The notes under the pieces were generated by a model. That model did no database searches, was not told the DNA's origin, and saw nothing but the letters and a program-made list of their open reading frames with translations. The translations under genes were made by a program, and so were the position numbers. A stretch of DNA of 63,737 nucleotides, counting the filler, from Acetivibrio sp. (lineage in GTDB: Bacteria > Bacillota > Clostridia > Acetivibrionales > Acetivibrionaceae): NCBI RefSeq assembly GCF_035371925.1. It is 5 parts of 5 records of this genome, joined end to end, with 100 filler letters (N's around TTAATTAATTAA, not from the genome) between each part and the next. Parts side by side here need not be neighbours in the genome. Positions count along the whole stretch, not along the records: positions 16,015 to 31,811 come from NZ_DAORXT010000068.1; 4 more parts are not named here. One strand, written 5' to 3'. Below, piece by piece: positions 19,295 to 29,371 of this stretch. How positions within the stretch are numbered: position 1 is the first letter of the stretch; each line of letters opens with the position of its first letter.

Positions 19295-20244
19295 GCCATG
19301 CCCCCTGTATTTACTTCATAATTTGTAACAAGAAGTTCACTAATCAATCCCCTTCGACTGCCGTTTGAATTAATTGCCCTTTTAGCCTTTATTCTGTGAA
19401 TGAAAAAATTTTTATACAGCTCATCAAAAAAATTATCATTCGGGTCTTCATTTTTAGGATCAGAGTTACTTAGCATAAGTAAAGCACCTGTATCATTCAT
19501 TTCTGAAAAGAAATTCGCCAGTTGTATCTGAGCTTCATCTGTAAAATCAAATTTACTATAAGATGTAAAACTAGATGTAACATTAAGTGGCCGATACGGG
19601 GGATCAAAATAAACAAAACTATCCTTATTAACATATCCGGCACACTCTCTATAATCTCCGGCAAATATATGCACCCTTTGAAGCAAAAAGCTTGCAGCAT
19701 ACAAGTTATCCTCATCACAAATAGTCGGATTTTTATAATCCCCGGACGGTACATTGAAATGGCCTGCACGATTAACTCGGTAAAGTCCGTTAAAGCAAGT
19801 ACGATTTAGAAAAATAAACTGTGTAGCCCTTTCAATGTCTGGCTGACCGCTCTTTAAAGTTCGTGAATTGTATGCATTTCTTATCTCATAATACATGCCT
19901 TTTCGAGATTCTTCATCTAAATTTAAATATTTAGACTCTAAACCCGAAAGATATTCCACCAAGGTATCTACATCATTTTTAATCGCTGCATAGGTGTTAA
20001 TTAAATCCTCATTTATATCAAATATAAAAGCTTCTTCAACTTTATATTTCTGCAAAGTTTCAAATAAAACTGCGCCTCCTCCTACAAAAGGCTCTATATA
20101 ACGTCTTATACAACCTTTAATAAGCGAAGAAGGATAATACTGTTTAAAAGTGTCGAGCAACTGTCCTTTTCCTCCTGCCCACTTTACAAAAGGTTTTGCA
20201 CATACAGTAGAATCAATATTAATAATACTAATTGCAACTCCCAA
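19291..20244 (-). CDS. dam: Dam/DpnM-family N6-adenine DNA methyltransferase
   Basis: KWAGGKGQL, YIEPFVGGGAV, NRTCFNGLYRVN..G.FNVP, YFDPPY. Confidence 0.92.
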   Translation of the reverse strand: MGVAISIINIDSTVCAKPFVKWAGGKGQLLDTFKQYYPSSLIKGCIRRYIEPFVGGGAVLFETLQKYKVEEAFIFDINEDLINTYAAIKNDVDTLVEYLSGLESKYLNLDEESRKGMYYEIRNAYNSRTLKSGQPDIERATQFIFLNRTCFNGLYRVNRAGHFNVPSGDYKNPTICDEDNLYAASFLLQRVHIFAGDYRECAGYVNKDSFVYFDPPYRPLNVTSSFTSYSKFDFTDEAQIQLANFFSEMNDTGALLMLSNSDPKNEDPNDNFFDELYKNFFIHRIKAKRAINSNGSRRGLISELLVTNYEVNTGGMA

Positions 20245-20964
20245 TTCGTTATCTCCCTTCGTATTTTCGTTTTTTATCCCGATGTATCTTCAAGTTTCTA
20301 ATCATCCGTCAATATAACCTGTAATAATCCGTGTCTATCTATACATGGTATTCTGCCACGACTATCGCTTCTTTAGCCATAACAAGTCACAATATAATAT
20401 GCGATAATTTTCCATACCCCAATTGAGAAAACTAATCCAACTAAATAATACTTTATTCCAAAAACATAATAAAATCAATACATAAATCTGCCAAATACTT
20501 CAAATTTATTACAATACTTTTAGATTACAAAGTGTAGAATAACTTAACATTTCGCTCCAAATTCATATAGCAAAATTTAGTTTTGTCTTTTTACTTTTTC
20601 ACACTATGCTATATTATCAACAGATATTATCATTAAACCGCAATGAATCTTTTCATAAACTGCCTCCATTATCACTGAGAGTATATTGGTAGCCTTCTTC
20701 TGCACTTGTTCCGTCACATTTATGTCCGTCGCTGGAAAAGCAAATGTAAATATTCAATAAAATCTCTTCCTCTCTCGGGTCGCTGTTGTTTGCTTCAATC
20801 TTCGTCTTTATGTCAAGTATTTGAGGTACTTTCCTTCTTGTTCATTGCAATCTCCATTTCCTTATGCATGCTTTACAAAAAGACGCAAACAATAAAGTTG
20901 AAGGCAAAAAAGAAATGTGTTACAATCAAGTGCATAAAAAAATCTGTTTCGAAAGGTGACATAA

Positions 20965-22194
20965 ATGAAGCAAAAAAGGCAGTATCCCAAAGTCATGATA
21001 TCCTCCAAGGCGGAACGCAGTGTCAAAAATGGACATCCATGGATTTACGGAGAAGAGATTGTAAATACAGAGGGTGAGCTCCAAAGCGGCGGTCTGGTAG
21101 ATGTGTTTGCGGGAAACGCCTTTATGGGTACTGGCTTTTACAATAGTGCCAGCAAAATTACCGTTCGGCTTATTTCTCGCAATGCCAACGACGTATTTGA
21201 TGCTCGCTTTTGGCGCCGCCGTGTGGAATATGCCGTTCGTTACCGCAAAACCGTCATGCCCGGTGCAGATTTCGACTGTTGCCGTCTGATTCACGGTGAG
21301 GCTGACCAAATGCCGGGGCTGACAGTGGACCGCTACGGCAGCATTTTGTCCGTGCAAATCACCTGCCTCGGCATGGAACTTGTCAAGGATATGGTTTACC
21401 ATGCCCTCTGGGATGTACTTGCTGAAATGGGTGAAACTATTACCGGTATTTTCGAACGCAATGACATTGCTCTTCGCACACGGGAAATGCTGCCTGAGTA
21501 TAAGGGCTGGTACCGGTCCGATGGCATACCTGTGCCTAAATCCGCGATTACGGAAATATGCGAAAATGGCGTGAGATATCTGGTAGATGTGGAAAACGGG
21601 CAAAAAACCGGCTTTTTCCTTGATCAAAAGTATAACCGCGCTGCTGTGGCCCGGATTGCCACGGGCAAACGGGTACTGGACTGTTTTACCCATACCGGTT
21701 CCTTCGGCCTTAATGCAGCTTTAGGTGGAGCAGAGCATGTGACCTGCGTAGATGTCTCCCAATCGGCCATTGACATGGCAAAAGCAAATGCCGTACGCAA
21801 CGGACTGGACGGAAAAATGGATTTTCTGTGCGAGGATGTGTTTGATTTGCTGACAAAACTGGCAGAGCAGAAACGCCAGGACTATGACTATATCATCCTT
21901 GACCCGCCGGCCTTCACCAAATCCCGCAAAACGGTGAAGTCTGCTGCCCGCGGATATAAAGAAATTAACTTGAAGGCTATGAAACTACTGCCCCGTGGCG
22001 GATATCTGGCAACTTGCAGTTGCAGTCACTTCATGACGGATGACTTGTTCCGTGAAGTGCTGGCAAGTGCTGCAAAGGATGCTTCCGTATCCCTCAGGCA
22101 GATTGAGGCTCGCCAGCAGGCACCGGACCATCCCATCCTGTGGAATGTTCCGGAGACGGACTACCTTAAGTTTTATATTTTCCAGGTTGTATGA
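20965..22194 (+). CDS. rlmI: RlmI-like class I SAM-dependent rRNA methyltransferase (PUA domain)
   Basis: GHPWIY, QKTGFFLDQ, LDCFTHTGSFG, ILDPPAF, TCSCS; higher GC than neighbours. Confidence 0.8.
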   Translation: MKQKRQYPKVMISSKAERSVKNGHPWIYGEEIVNTEGELQSGGLVDVFAGNAFMGTGFYNSASKITVRLISRNANDVFDARFWRRRVEYAVRYRKTVMPGADFDCCRLIHGEADQMPGLTVDRYGSILSVQITCLGMELVKDMVYHALWDVLAEMGETITGIFERNDIALRTREMLPEYKGWYRSDGIPVPKSAITEICENGVRYLVDVENGQKTGFFLDQKYNRAAVARIATGKRVLDCFTHTGSFGLNAALGGAEHVTCVDVSQSAIDMAKANAVRNGLDGKMDFLCEDVFDLLTKLAEQKRQDYDYIILDPPAFTKSRKTVKSAARGYKEINLKAMKLLPRGGYLATCSCSHFMTDDLFREVLASAAKDASVSLRQIEARQQAPDHPILWNVPETDYLKFYIFQVV

Positions 22195-22227
22195 CCAGTA
22201 TTTCAGAAAACAGGTAGAGTCAAACTT

Positions 22228-23046
22228 TTAATTAACCGGAAAATCAAAATATGTATCCGGATAAGGTTCATTCTTTAACTTGTAATGCCACCATTCCTTG
22301 GTGTAGGCTTCAAACCCGGCAGCTACCATGGCATCCCGCAAAATGTTCCGGTTTTTCTCCTGCTCGGGAGTAATTAAATGGGTTCCATGGTTGGAAATTT
22401 CACCAAAGAAATCAAAACCGCTCCCCATATCCAGTTCTTCGCCTGTAGATATATGGGCCAATGTCAGGTCAACCGTACTTCCCCTAGAATGGCCGGATTT
22501 TTCTGCAATATAACCCAATTTAAATAAAACAGACTTGTCCAATTCAGGATAATATTTTTCCTTCATTTTTGCATCATCCAAGTCCTGTGCCCATCGCACA
22601 AAATGGTTAACGGCCCTTTGCGGGCGATAAGCATCAAAAATTTTTATGTAATATCCTTGCTCATATAATGCATCTGCCGCTATTTTAAGTGCATAAGCCG
22701 CTTCCTCGGTAAGTATGGCCTTCGGCGCTTCATACCCGTCAATCACCGTTCCTGTAAAATTATCATTGCTAAAATACCGGATTTCAAGCTGCGCAGTTGG
22801 GATCACATCAGTTACATATACAAATCCGTCAGGAAGTGAATATTGATTTGAATCAGGCGCAATAGTGGGCTCAATAACCGTTGACGGCTCCGTTACCGCT
22901 AAAGCTTTAGATGGCGTGGCAGATGAAGATACCGGACTCAATGTCACTACCATGTTGGATGTAGTTGCCGGTTTCCCATCTGAAACGCATGATGTAAATA
23001 GAATCAATACGGCGAGAATAACTATGAAAAATTTTATATTTGGCAA
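22228..23046 (-). CDS. D-alanyl-D-alanine dipeptidase (VanX/M15D), predicted lipoprotein; start tentatively TTG 23046
   Basis: DAYRPQ, SGHSRGSTVDLTL, EWWHY zinc-peptidase motifs; lipobox-like ILFTSC followed by an S/T/P-rich linker. Confidence 0.85.
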   Translation of the reverse strand: MPNIKFFIVILAVLILFTSCVSDGKPATTSNMVVTLSPVSSSATPSKALAVTEPSTVIEPTIAPDSNQYSLPDGFVYVTDVIPTAQLEIRYFSNDNFTGTVIDGYEAPKAILTEEAAYALKIAADALYEQGYYIKIFDAYRPQRAVNHFVRWAQDLDDAKMKEKYYPELDKSVLFKLGYIAEKSGHSRGSTVDLTLAHISTGEELDMGSGFDFFGEISNHGTHLITPEQEKNRNILRDAMVAAGFEAYTKEWWHYKLKNEPYPDTYFDFPVN

Positions 23047-23095
23047 GTTATTATTTTTACCTTTTTCATAACTTGCTCTTCTTGATGCTGGCACA

Positions 23096-23206
23096 TTACC
23101 ACTCCTTTTTCCACATTTCGCGGTGGCATATTGTTTCAAAACCGATGGCTGTATAAAATTCCGGTACGCTACCAAAGCAGCATGTCGCACCAAGGGCTTT
23201 TGATTT
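23096..23206 (-). pseudogene. C-terminal remnant resembling a GNAT acetyltransferase
   Basis: KALGATCCFGSVPEFYTAIGFE resembles the GNAT C-terminal FY..LGF motif; preceded by an in-frame stop. Confidence 0.35.
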
Positions 23207-23288
23207 CTATATTCCCACCGTATGAGTAATTGTAGCAAGCCTTATTCTGAGATACTTGAAAGTTTGACATCAATGAACTGATTGATTT

Positions 23289-23969
23289 TCAAGTGTTTGA
23301 TTGTCTGTTTCTCAAACCTTCATAGGCATTATTTAATGCTTCAACCAATAAAAAAACATTAGTTATAGGATCGCCTTGAGGTTCCCCCATTTGCACCTTT
23401 TGAGCCCACAGCTTTCTTGCTGCTTGAATAGCAAAATTTTGTCGTTCTTTCAAGCGAGAATACATTCCTTTTGTTCCATGTGTATAACAGATACCTAAAT
23501 ATTCACTTATTCTTTTGTCATACTCTGTTTTACTTATAGTTCCAGTTACCATTTGAAAATGCAGCAAAAACCACAATTCAAAACACTGCACAGAATAAAT
23601 CGCATTAAACTTCTTCGCCCTTGCCGCTTGTACCGCACGATTAAGGCCCTCAGGATCTCCATCACAGTCAAAAACACACCAAACTTCGTCGGGTGAGATC
23701 GTCCCATATTTCTTATTCAATTTAACCCATACCTTGTTAGCCTTTGTAACTACGTTTTCATGTTGCCCGGCTCCCGGGACAATATATACAGCACCGTAAC
23801 TATAGTAATATCCTCTGTCCGAAGCCGCACCTAATTTGCTATAATAGGGAAACGCCTTAAAATAATCCGCCTCCGTAACTTCTCCTTCGCAAACAATGAG
23901 GAAAAACGGGCTAGGGCGTATATATTTCTTTTGTCTTTTATAACTGGATGTATCTCGCTTCTTCCCCAC
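23289..23969 (-). CDS. rloB: RloB family protein (TOPRIM-like)
   Basis: LIVCEGEVTEADYF, VWCVFDCD, S..CFELWFLLHF. Confidence 0.85.
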   Translation of the reverse strand: MGKKRDTSSYKRQKKYIRPSPFFLIVCEGEVTEADYFKAFPYYSKLGAASDRGYYYSYGAVYIVPGAGQHENVVTKANKVWVKLNKKYGTISPDEVWCVFDCDGDPEGLNRAVQAARAKKFNAIYSVQCFELWFLLHFQMVTGTISKTEYDKRISEYLGICYTHGTKGMYSRLKERQNFAIQAARKLWAQKVQMGEPQGDPITNVFLLVEALNNAYEGLRNRQSNT

Positions 23970-23990
23970 AATATAACCCCCTGTCCACTT

Positions 23991-25283
23991 TTATATGTTC
24001 AAGTTAAACTCCCCAAGATATGGGATGGCACCAAAGCGACCGGCTAAATAATTATTCAAATAATTAAAATTACTTCTAATATCCAAATCGATGTCATATA
24101 AACTGTACATGGTGCTTTCTCCATATTCATTCTTTTCAATAAAATATATCTGGTCTCTCCGAAGTAACTTAGGATTCATTAAAAGTGTATTATGGGTAGT
24201 AAAAATCAACTGTGCATTATGTGGGTTAGTCTTAGAATCATTAAAAAGTCGTATTATTCTCTCACACAATAGCGGATGTAAGGAACTTTCAATCTCATCT
24301 ACAAGAAGAATGCCTCCATTCTTTAGCACAAATAAGACCGGGAACAGTAAGGCGTATAGCTTCGCAGTTCCTCTCGATTCCACATCCAGTGGAAATCTTT
24401 CTTCACCAACAATGTTATACTGCTCATCATATTTAAAATGATGCATATATGTTTCCAACTCGTTAGACTCAGCAGCTTCAACACTTTGACCCTTTTGCTT
24501 TATAAACTCAATAAATTGGCGAAGAAATTCATCCTCATCAGTCTTCTTTTTGATTACAGAAATACCTGCGATACCAATATCAGCATCTTTCAAGAAAGAC
24601 AAAACCTCTTCTTTGGAAAGAATCTTACTCTCCGAACCCTTTAAAATCTCCTCTTCTATCATACTTTTAAAAAACATCTCCGGTAGATTGCTTGGTCGTA
24701 TATAAAATTTTAAATAATTAACAATTTCTTTTGCCCAATCAAATTCTTTAATCGAATCTTGGGCCAATGTAAATAAAAATGGCCTTGCGACATCAGGTTT
24801 TATATAATCCAATGCCTTTTTATCCTCAAAATATGTTCCTGTACGGACAATTTCATTCCTTTTCCTTTCAAAATAACATGCCTCTTGCCTCTTTGGCACA
24901 AAGTACAACCATTCCGAATAAATACCCTTGTTATCTATCTCAATACCATAGCGATGACGTTTACCATTCAGAAAAAACGATATTTCAAAAAATGCAGGCT
25001 TATTCTGACTTTCTGTGTCAAGTTTAAAGTATGGTAAATTAGCTATCATTTTATGAGTATCAGCATATGAGGAAAAAATGTTATTAAGAAAACTAAACGA
25101 TTCAATTAAATTTGATTTTCCACTAGCATTAGAACCAAAAATTGCAGCACTTTTTAACAGCGTCATACTTTCATGTTGAAACAGATTAGTATCCGATAAC
25201 TCTCGATTGTTATCAGCTACCATTGACAAAACAATTTCATTCTTAAATGACATAAAATTTTTGACCCTATACTCAATCAACAT
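23991..25283 (-). CDS. AAA_21/ABC-type ATPase, RloA-like (start adjusted to ATG 25283)
   Basis: MLIEYRVKNF start; Walker A GSNASGKS; signature-like ESRGT; Walker B LLVDEIESSLHP; H-loop FTTH. Confidence 0.88.
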   Translation of the reverse strand: MLIEYRVKNFMSFKNEIVLSMVADNNRELSDTNLFQHESMTLLKSAAIFGSNASGKSNLIESFSFLNNIFSSYADTHKMIANLPYFKLDTESQNKPAFFEISFFLNGKRHRYGIEIDNKGIYSEWLYFVPKRQEACYFERKRNEIVRTGTYFEDKKALDYIKPDVARPFLFTLAQDSIKEFDWAKEIVNYLKFYIRPSNLPEMFFKSMIEEEILKGSESKILSKEEVLSFLKDADIGIAGISVIKKKTDEDEFLRQFIEFIKQKGQSVEAAESNELETYMHHFKYDEQYNIVGEERFPLDVESRGTAKLYALLFPVLFVLKNGGILLVDEIESSLHPLLCERIIRLFNDSKTNPHNAQLIFTTHNTLLMNPKLLRRDQIYFIEKNEYGESTMYSLYDIDLDIRSNFNYLNNYLAGRFGAIPYLGEFNLNI

Positions 25284-25307
25284 GAAATCCACCCCCTCAT
25301 TTATTAA

Positions 25308-25336
25308 ATAATAACACTTTTTCGCACTACTCGCAA
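25308..25336 (-). promoter_or_regulatory. Putative sigma-A promoter of the ATPase-rloB operon
   Basis: Minus strand TTGCGA-17 nt-(TG)TATTAT about 25 nt upstream of ATG 25283. Confidence 0.55.
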
Positions 25337-25675
25337 CATTTTCGCGAAATTTTCTCATAAATCGCACCACCATTTTAAAAATTCTTATATCATATTATTC
25401 ACATTGTATAGGAAAATATGCAAAACACTTCCCTATATTCCTCTTGATTAATTGATTCTTTTGAGGAAATTGATAAAATCGCAGATGAAGTAATAAAATT
25501 TGAACACAGCTGTGCCTACGGAATATCGGCGGCACTTTGTGCTTCAATGTACAATACCGTATGTTACTTCCAGTATTGCAAAACAAAAAAGCCCTAACGG
25601 GCTTATGTTTTTATGTCATTTTTTCACTTCATTATATAATGCAAAATATCAGTTTATTAAATCGTCCAAATCTTC

Positions 25676-27094
25676 TTATCTTTCAAATATTTTCAGCAGA
25701 AACATCTTTACTTTTTCATGCTTTCCGGTATACGGATGTTCTCGCAATGGTAAATTAAAACGTGTTTTACCTTTCAAAACAGTGGTCGGGTGTGTAAACT
25801 CCCTAAAGCCCCACTCTCCATGGTATGCGCCCATTCCCGAATGTCCTACCCCATTGAACGGTACACCCTTTACCATCATATGAATGCAAACTTCATTAAT
25901 ACATCCTCCGCCGTACTGCTGAGTTGACATAACCTTATTTGCCCACTTCATATCTTTGGTGAAAACATACATAGCAAGAGAATGTTCTCTGTCAGCAATG
26001 GTCTCCATGAGCTTGTCGACTTCTTCATCCTTGAAGGGCACAATCGGCAGAAGAGGGCAGAAAAGCTCATGTCTTACTATGTCCTCGTCTACTTTGACCG
26101 GATAAATCATTGTCGGAGCAAAACGTCTTGTTTCTTTGTTGCCTTTTCCACCGAAAATAATTCTATCTTTATATTCTTCAGCCGTTTTCCGGCATTTGTC
26201 ATATGCCGCATCATTAATTAGCTTCGGATACTCTTCATTTTCCTCGGGCTTTTCACCGATTTGTCTGATAAATTCCTTCTTTAACGCCTCTATAAAGGAA
26301 TCCGCTATCTCATCAGCCACCGCAACCTGATTGATATTAATGCAAATCTGACCTGCATTGCAAAGCTTGAAAAATGCAATTTTGCGTGCAGCATCCTTTA
26401 TATCTGCGTCTTTTCTGACAATACACCAGTTGCCGTTTTCACCGCCAAGCTCAAGCGCAACCGATGTAAGGTTTTTCGCCGCTTGTGTAAGCACATGCTT
26501 GCCGACTTCCGGTGAGCCAGTGTAGAATATTTTATCAAACCGCTGTGCAAGGCACATATCAGCCACATCATGACCGCCGTCTATAACCGTGATATAGTTT
26601 TCGGGAAAAGTTTCTGCAATCAGTTTCTGCAAAGCTTTGGTGCAGGCCGCCGATTTTGAGCTTGTCTTAATCACTGCGGTATTGCCTCCTGCAATACATG
26701 CCGTCAATACCCCTAGTGTCAGAAGAATCGGAAAATTAAACGGACTGATAATCAGCGAAACACCGTATGGAAGCTTGTATACCGTGGTACGCGTGCTTGG
26801 AAAACACATAAGGCCGCTGAAATGCTTTTCCGGCCTTGCCCATTTTTTCAGTCCCCGTATGGTTTCGTTTATTTCCACTATTACAGGCCCAATATCGCAC
26901 AAATATGCCTCTGTTTTGCTGCGCCCCAAATCTTCGTACAACGCCTTTTCAAGCTCTTCCTCATGGGCAATTACTGCAGCCTTCAATTTTTTTAGCTGAT
27001 GCAGCCTCCATTTAACGTCAAGAGTGACCCCGGAGCGAAAAAACCTCCTTTGATTCGCCACTATTTCCTGTATTTTCTCTTGTGTATAAGTCAT
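25676..27094 (-). CDS. Aldehyde dehydrogenase (ALDH3-like)
   Basis: ISPFNFP, FYTGS, LELGG, NAGQIC catalytic Cys, ELFCPLL, PFNGVGHSGMGAYHG. Confidence 0.9.
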   Translation of the reverse strand: MTYTQEKIQEIVANQRRFFRSGVTLDVKWRLHQLKKLKAAVIAHEEELEKALYEDLGRSKTEAYLCDIGPVIVEINETIRGLKKWARPEKHFSGLMCFPSTRTTVYKLPYGVSLIISPFNFPILLTLGVLTACIAGGNTAVIKTSSKSAACTKALQKLIAETFPENYITVIDGGHDVADMCLAQRFDKIFYTGSPEVGKHVLTQAAKNLTSVALELGGENGNWCIVRKDADIKDAARKIAFFKLCNAGQICININQVAVADEIADSFIEALKKEFIRQIGEKPEENEEYPKLINDAAYDKCRKTAEEYKDRIIFGGKGNKETRRFAPTMIYPVKVDEDIVRHELFCPLLPIVPFKDEEVDKLMETIADREHSLAMYVFTKDMKWANKVMSTQQYGGGCINEVCIHMMVKGVPFNGVGHSGMGAYHGEWGFREFTHPTTVLKGKTRFNLPLREHPYTGKHEKVKMFLLKIFER

Positions 27095-28316
27095 GATACC
27101 CTATCCCCTTTCTAATCTCGTCGAGCAAACGAACAATTTCCTTGTCGCTGAAAATTTTTGAAGGCGAATAATTAATGGAATCGGCATTTATCATCTTAAT
27201 AAGTTTTTTATAGTCTTTCTCGTCAATCAAATCACAACCTTTTTCAAAGCCGCAGGTCTTAAGCAGTTCTTCCAGAGCGGCAATAAATCTGTCCGCCGCA
27301 GCAGCTTTGTCATCGGTTTCTTTGGAAAATCCGCAATAAACTGACAGCCTTGCAAGCTTATCCATGCAAATTTCTTTTTGAAATGAAACAACCGGTATAA
27401 GGCACAGCGCAATTGCTTTTCCGTGAGGAATGTCATACAAGGCCCCGATTGAATGTGCAAAGGCATGGACATATCCGGCAAGCTGCTTGTTGATGGCATT
27501 TCCGCCGTAATAGGCGGCAAGACACATATTCTGCCTTGCATCAATATTGTGCGGATTTGAAATAAGAGACGGTAGATTTCGGAATACAAGCTTTACACAT
27601 TCGCGGCTTTTTTGAATATCTTCATCCCTTGTCTTTATGTCTGCAAGACACCCTTCTATACCGTGGCTTAGAGCATCAATTCCACAGCATACCGTAATGT
27701 TTTCAGGCGCACCGGTTGTCAGCTCGCTGTCAAGCACAACATGAGAGACATTGAGCCCAACAACAACTGTGGAGCTTTTTATCCCTTTTTCATTCTTAAC
27801 CATGGCCGCAACAGTAATTTCAGCACCTGTTCCGGCCGTACTCGGTACAGAGATAACAGGTAAAGTTTTTCCCCTGACATAGATGAATTTGCGCAGGAGA
27901 CTTTTAATATTGTGCCTCGGCATTTTTACACCGGCGGCTATTATCTTGCAGGAATCCAGTACGGAACCTCCTCCGAGAGCTATAATGCAATCGGCGCCGC
28001 AGTTTATAGCAACAGTTCTCCCTTCTCTGATTATGTCAATTGTAGGTTCAGATGCAATATTATTAAATACAGTGCATTTGATGCTGTTTGCTTTCAACGA
28101 GTTTAGAATTTTTTCGTGATAACCAAAAGAATAAACTGTTTTGTCGGTTATAAGAAGCACCGATTTGAATCCTGCTTCCTCACAAATCTCACCGATTTTT
28201 TCTCTTGAACCATAGCCCTCAGTCACAACAGGCTCAGGCTTTGGAACCGGTTTGATTAAAATTCCCGGCAATTTGCGGATTATTTTTCTGAGCAAATAAA
28301 AAGACATTTTTGTCAC
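27018..28316 (-). CDS. Iron-containing alcohol dehydrogenase
   Basis: GGGSVLD, PSTAGTGAE, DALSHGIEG, HAFAH...HG; 3' end overlaps ALDH by 77 nt (possible stop loss). Confidence 0.88.
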   Translation of the reverse strand: MTKMSFYLLRKIIRKLPGILIKPVPKPEPVVTEGYGSREKIGEICEEAGFKSVLLITDKTVYSFGYHEKILNSLKANSIKCTVFNNIASEPTIDIIREGRTVAINCGADCIIALGGGSVLDSCKIIAAGVKMPRHNIKSLLRKFIYVRGKTLPVISVPSTAGTGAEITVAAMVKNEKGIKSSTVVVGLNVSHVVLDSELTTGAPENITVCCGIDALSHGIEGCLADIKTRDEDIQKSRECVKLVFRNLPSLISNPHNIDARQNMCLAAYYGGNAINKQLAGYVHAFAHSIGALYDIPHGKAIALCLIPVVSFQKEICMDKLARLSVYCGFSKETDDKAAAADRFIAALEELLKTCGFEKGCDLIDEKDYKKLIKMINADSINYSPSKIFSDKEIVRLLDEIRKGIGYHDLYTRENTGNSGESKEVFSLRGHS

Positions 28317-28873
28317 CTCAAACTATAAACCTATAAAGACATCCGTTGGAGTTTGTTATATCTTTGGAAAACTACGAACTAAAAGATTAATTCTTTTTTA
28401 TCAGCTATCTACTCAAGAGGTTATAGATAAATGTAAATTCGAATTAATTAAAGCTCTCTTTCCATCTCCTTACAAAAGTTTTGCTTGAAGTGATTGATTC
28501 ATCTTGCCATTTCCAATTTGAATACTTTTTATTCTAAAAAACCTGTTTTAAATCCTGCAGTGTTCTCATGTATCTGGATCTAAAGTTCAAAATATATTGT
28601 AAATCATTTGTCTGTTTTTTTCAACGCATAAGAGCTATTGCCAAAAAATTCATATAGCAGCAATCAACCTATTTTATTTAACATAAATCTCTCGGTCCAT
28701 TTGGAACATTGCGAATTTGAAGCAACTCCAATACATATGGCACAAGTTCCATTAGGTCCTTTATGATCATGCAGGCGGTCTGCATGGGTTAATATAAAAG
28801 CTGCCGATAAGAAGGAGGCAACGATCATGCAAATGCAAATCGTCAAAGCAATACTCTTTACCTTTATTAATAA

Positions 28874-29302
28874 TTATTTATAATTAATAAACACTAGTCC
28901 GATTAGGCATATTACAACACCAACAATTTTATTCCAAGTCAATACTTCTTTGTATAGTAAAGTTCCAACAAAGATCAATGCAACTGCAAGAAAAGCACTA
29001 TGTACAATCTGGGCTGTACTTACTTGCCATCCGGCTCTATAGGCATAAATCCAGCCAACTTCAAGCCCCACCAATACAGCTCCAAACGCAAACGGTGCCC
29101 AGTTTATTTTACCGAATTCCCTGATTATACTTGTCCCCTTGTTCATTGCAAAAAACAAAATCAAGGACATTACTGCTCCTACAGAGTAGGTTATAGTCAA
29201 AGAAGCAAACGGATTCATGTTATTTGGTACGGATTTTGCACAAATTTGATATATCGTGTTTGATAATACGACCAGTGCAATCGGCCAGATATAATTAAAC
29301 AT
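28874..29302 (-). CDS. EamA/DMT family small membrane transporter
   Basis: Five hydrophobic segments; AYRAGWQVS, LYKE.LTWNKIVGVVICLIG. Confidence 0.85.
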   Translation of the reverse strand: MFNYIWPIALVVLSNTIYQICAKSVPNNMNPFASLTITYSVGAVMSLILFFAMNKGTSIIREFGKINWAPFAFGAVLVGLEVGWIYAYRAGWQVSTAQIVHSAFLAVALIFVGTLLYKEVLTWNKIVGVVICLIGLVFINYK

Positions 29303-29371
29303 TTTTATATTCCTCCTTGTATGATAAAAACTTTAAAACGCACTATCCCCATATAAAAGCATTTATTTCCA

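Noticed and set aside
20620..20900. Possible degraded small gene and recombinase start (minus strand ...VMEAVYEK / MKKIHCG) typical of integrative-element heads
   Set aside because: Needs several frameshifts and shows no recognisable catalytic motif; too weak to call
22228..23238. Vancomycin-resistance cluster
   Set aside because: Only a VanX-like gene is present; no vanH, vanA/B or vanRS
27018..27108. 77-nt ADH/ALDH overlap as a regulatory feature
   Set aside because: Removing one base from the 4-C run at 27105-27108 restores a stop just before the ALDH start; more likely an indel or error
28320..28860. Stop-riddled minus-strand coding-like remnant
   Set aside because: No identifiable family; cannot be supported
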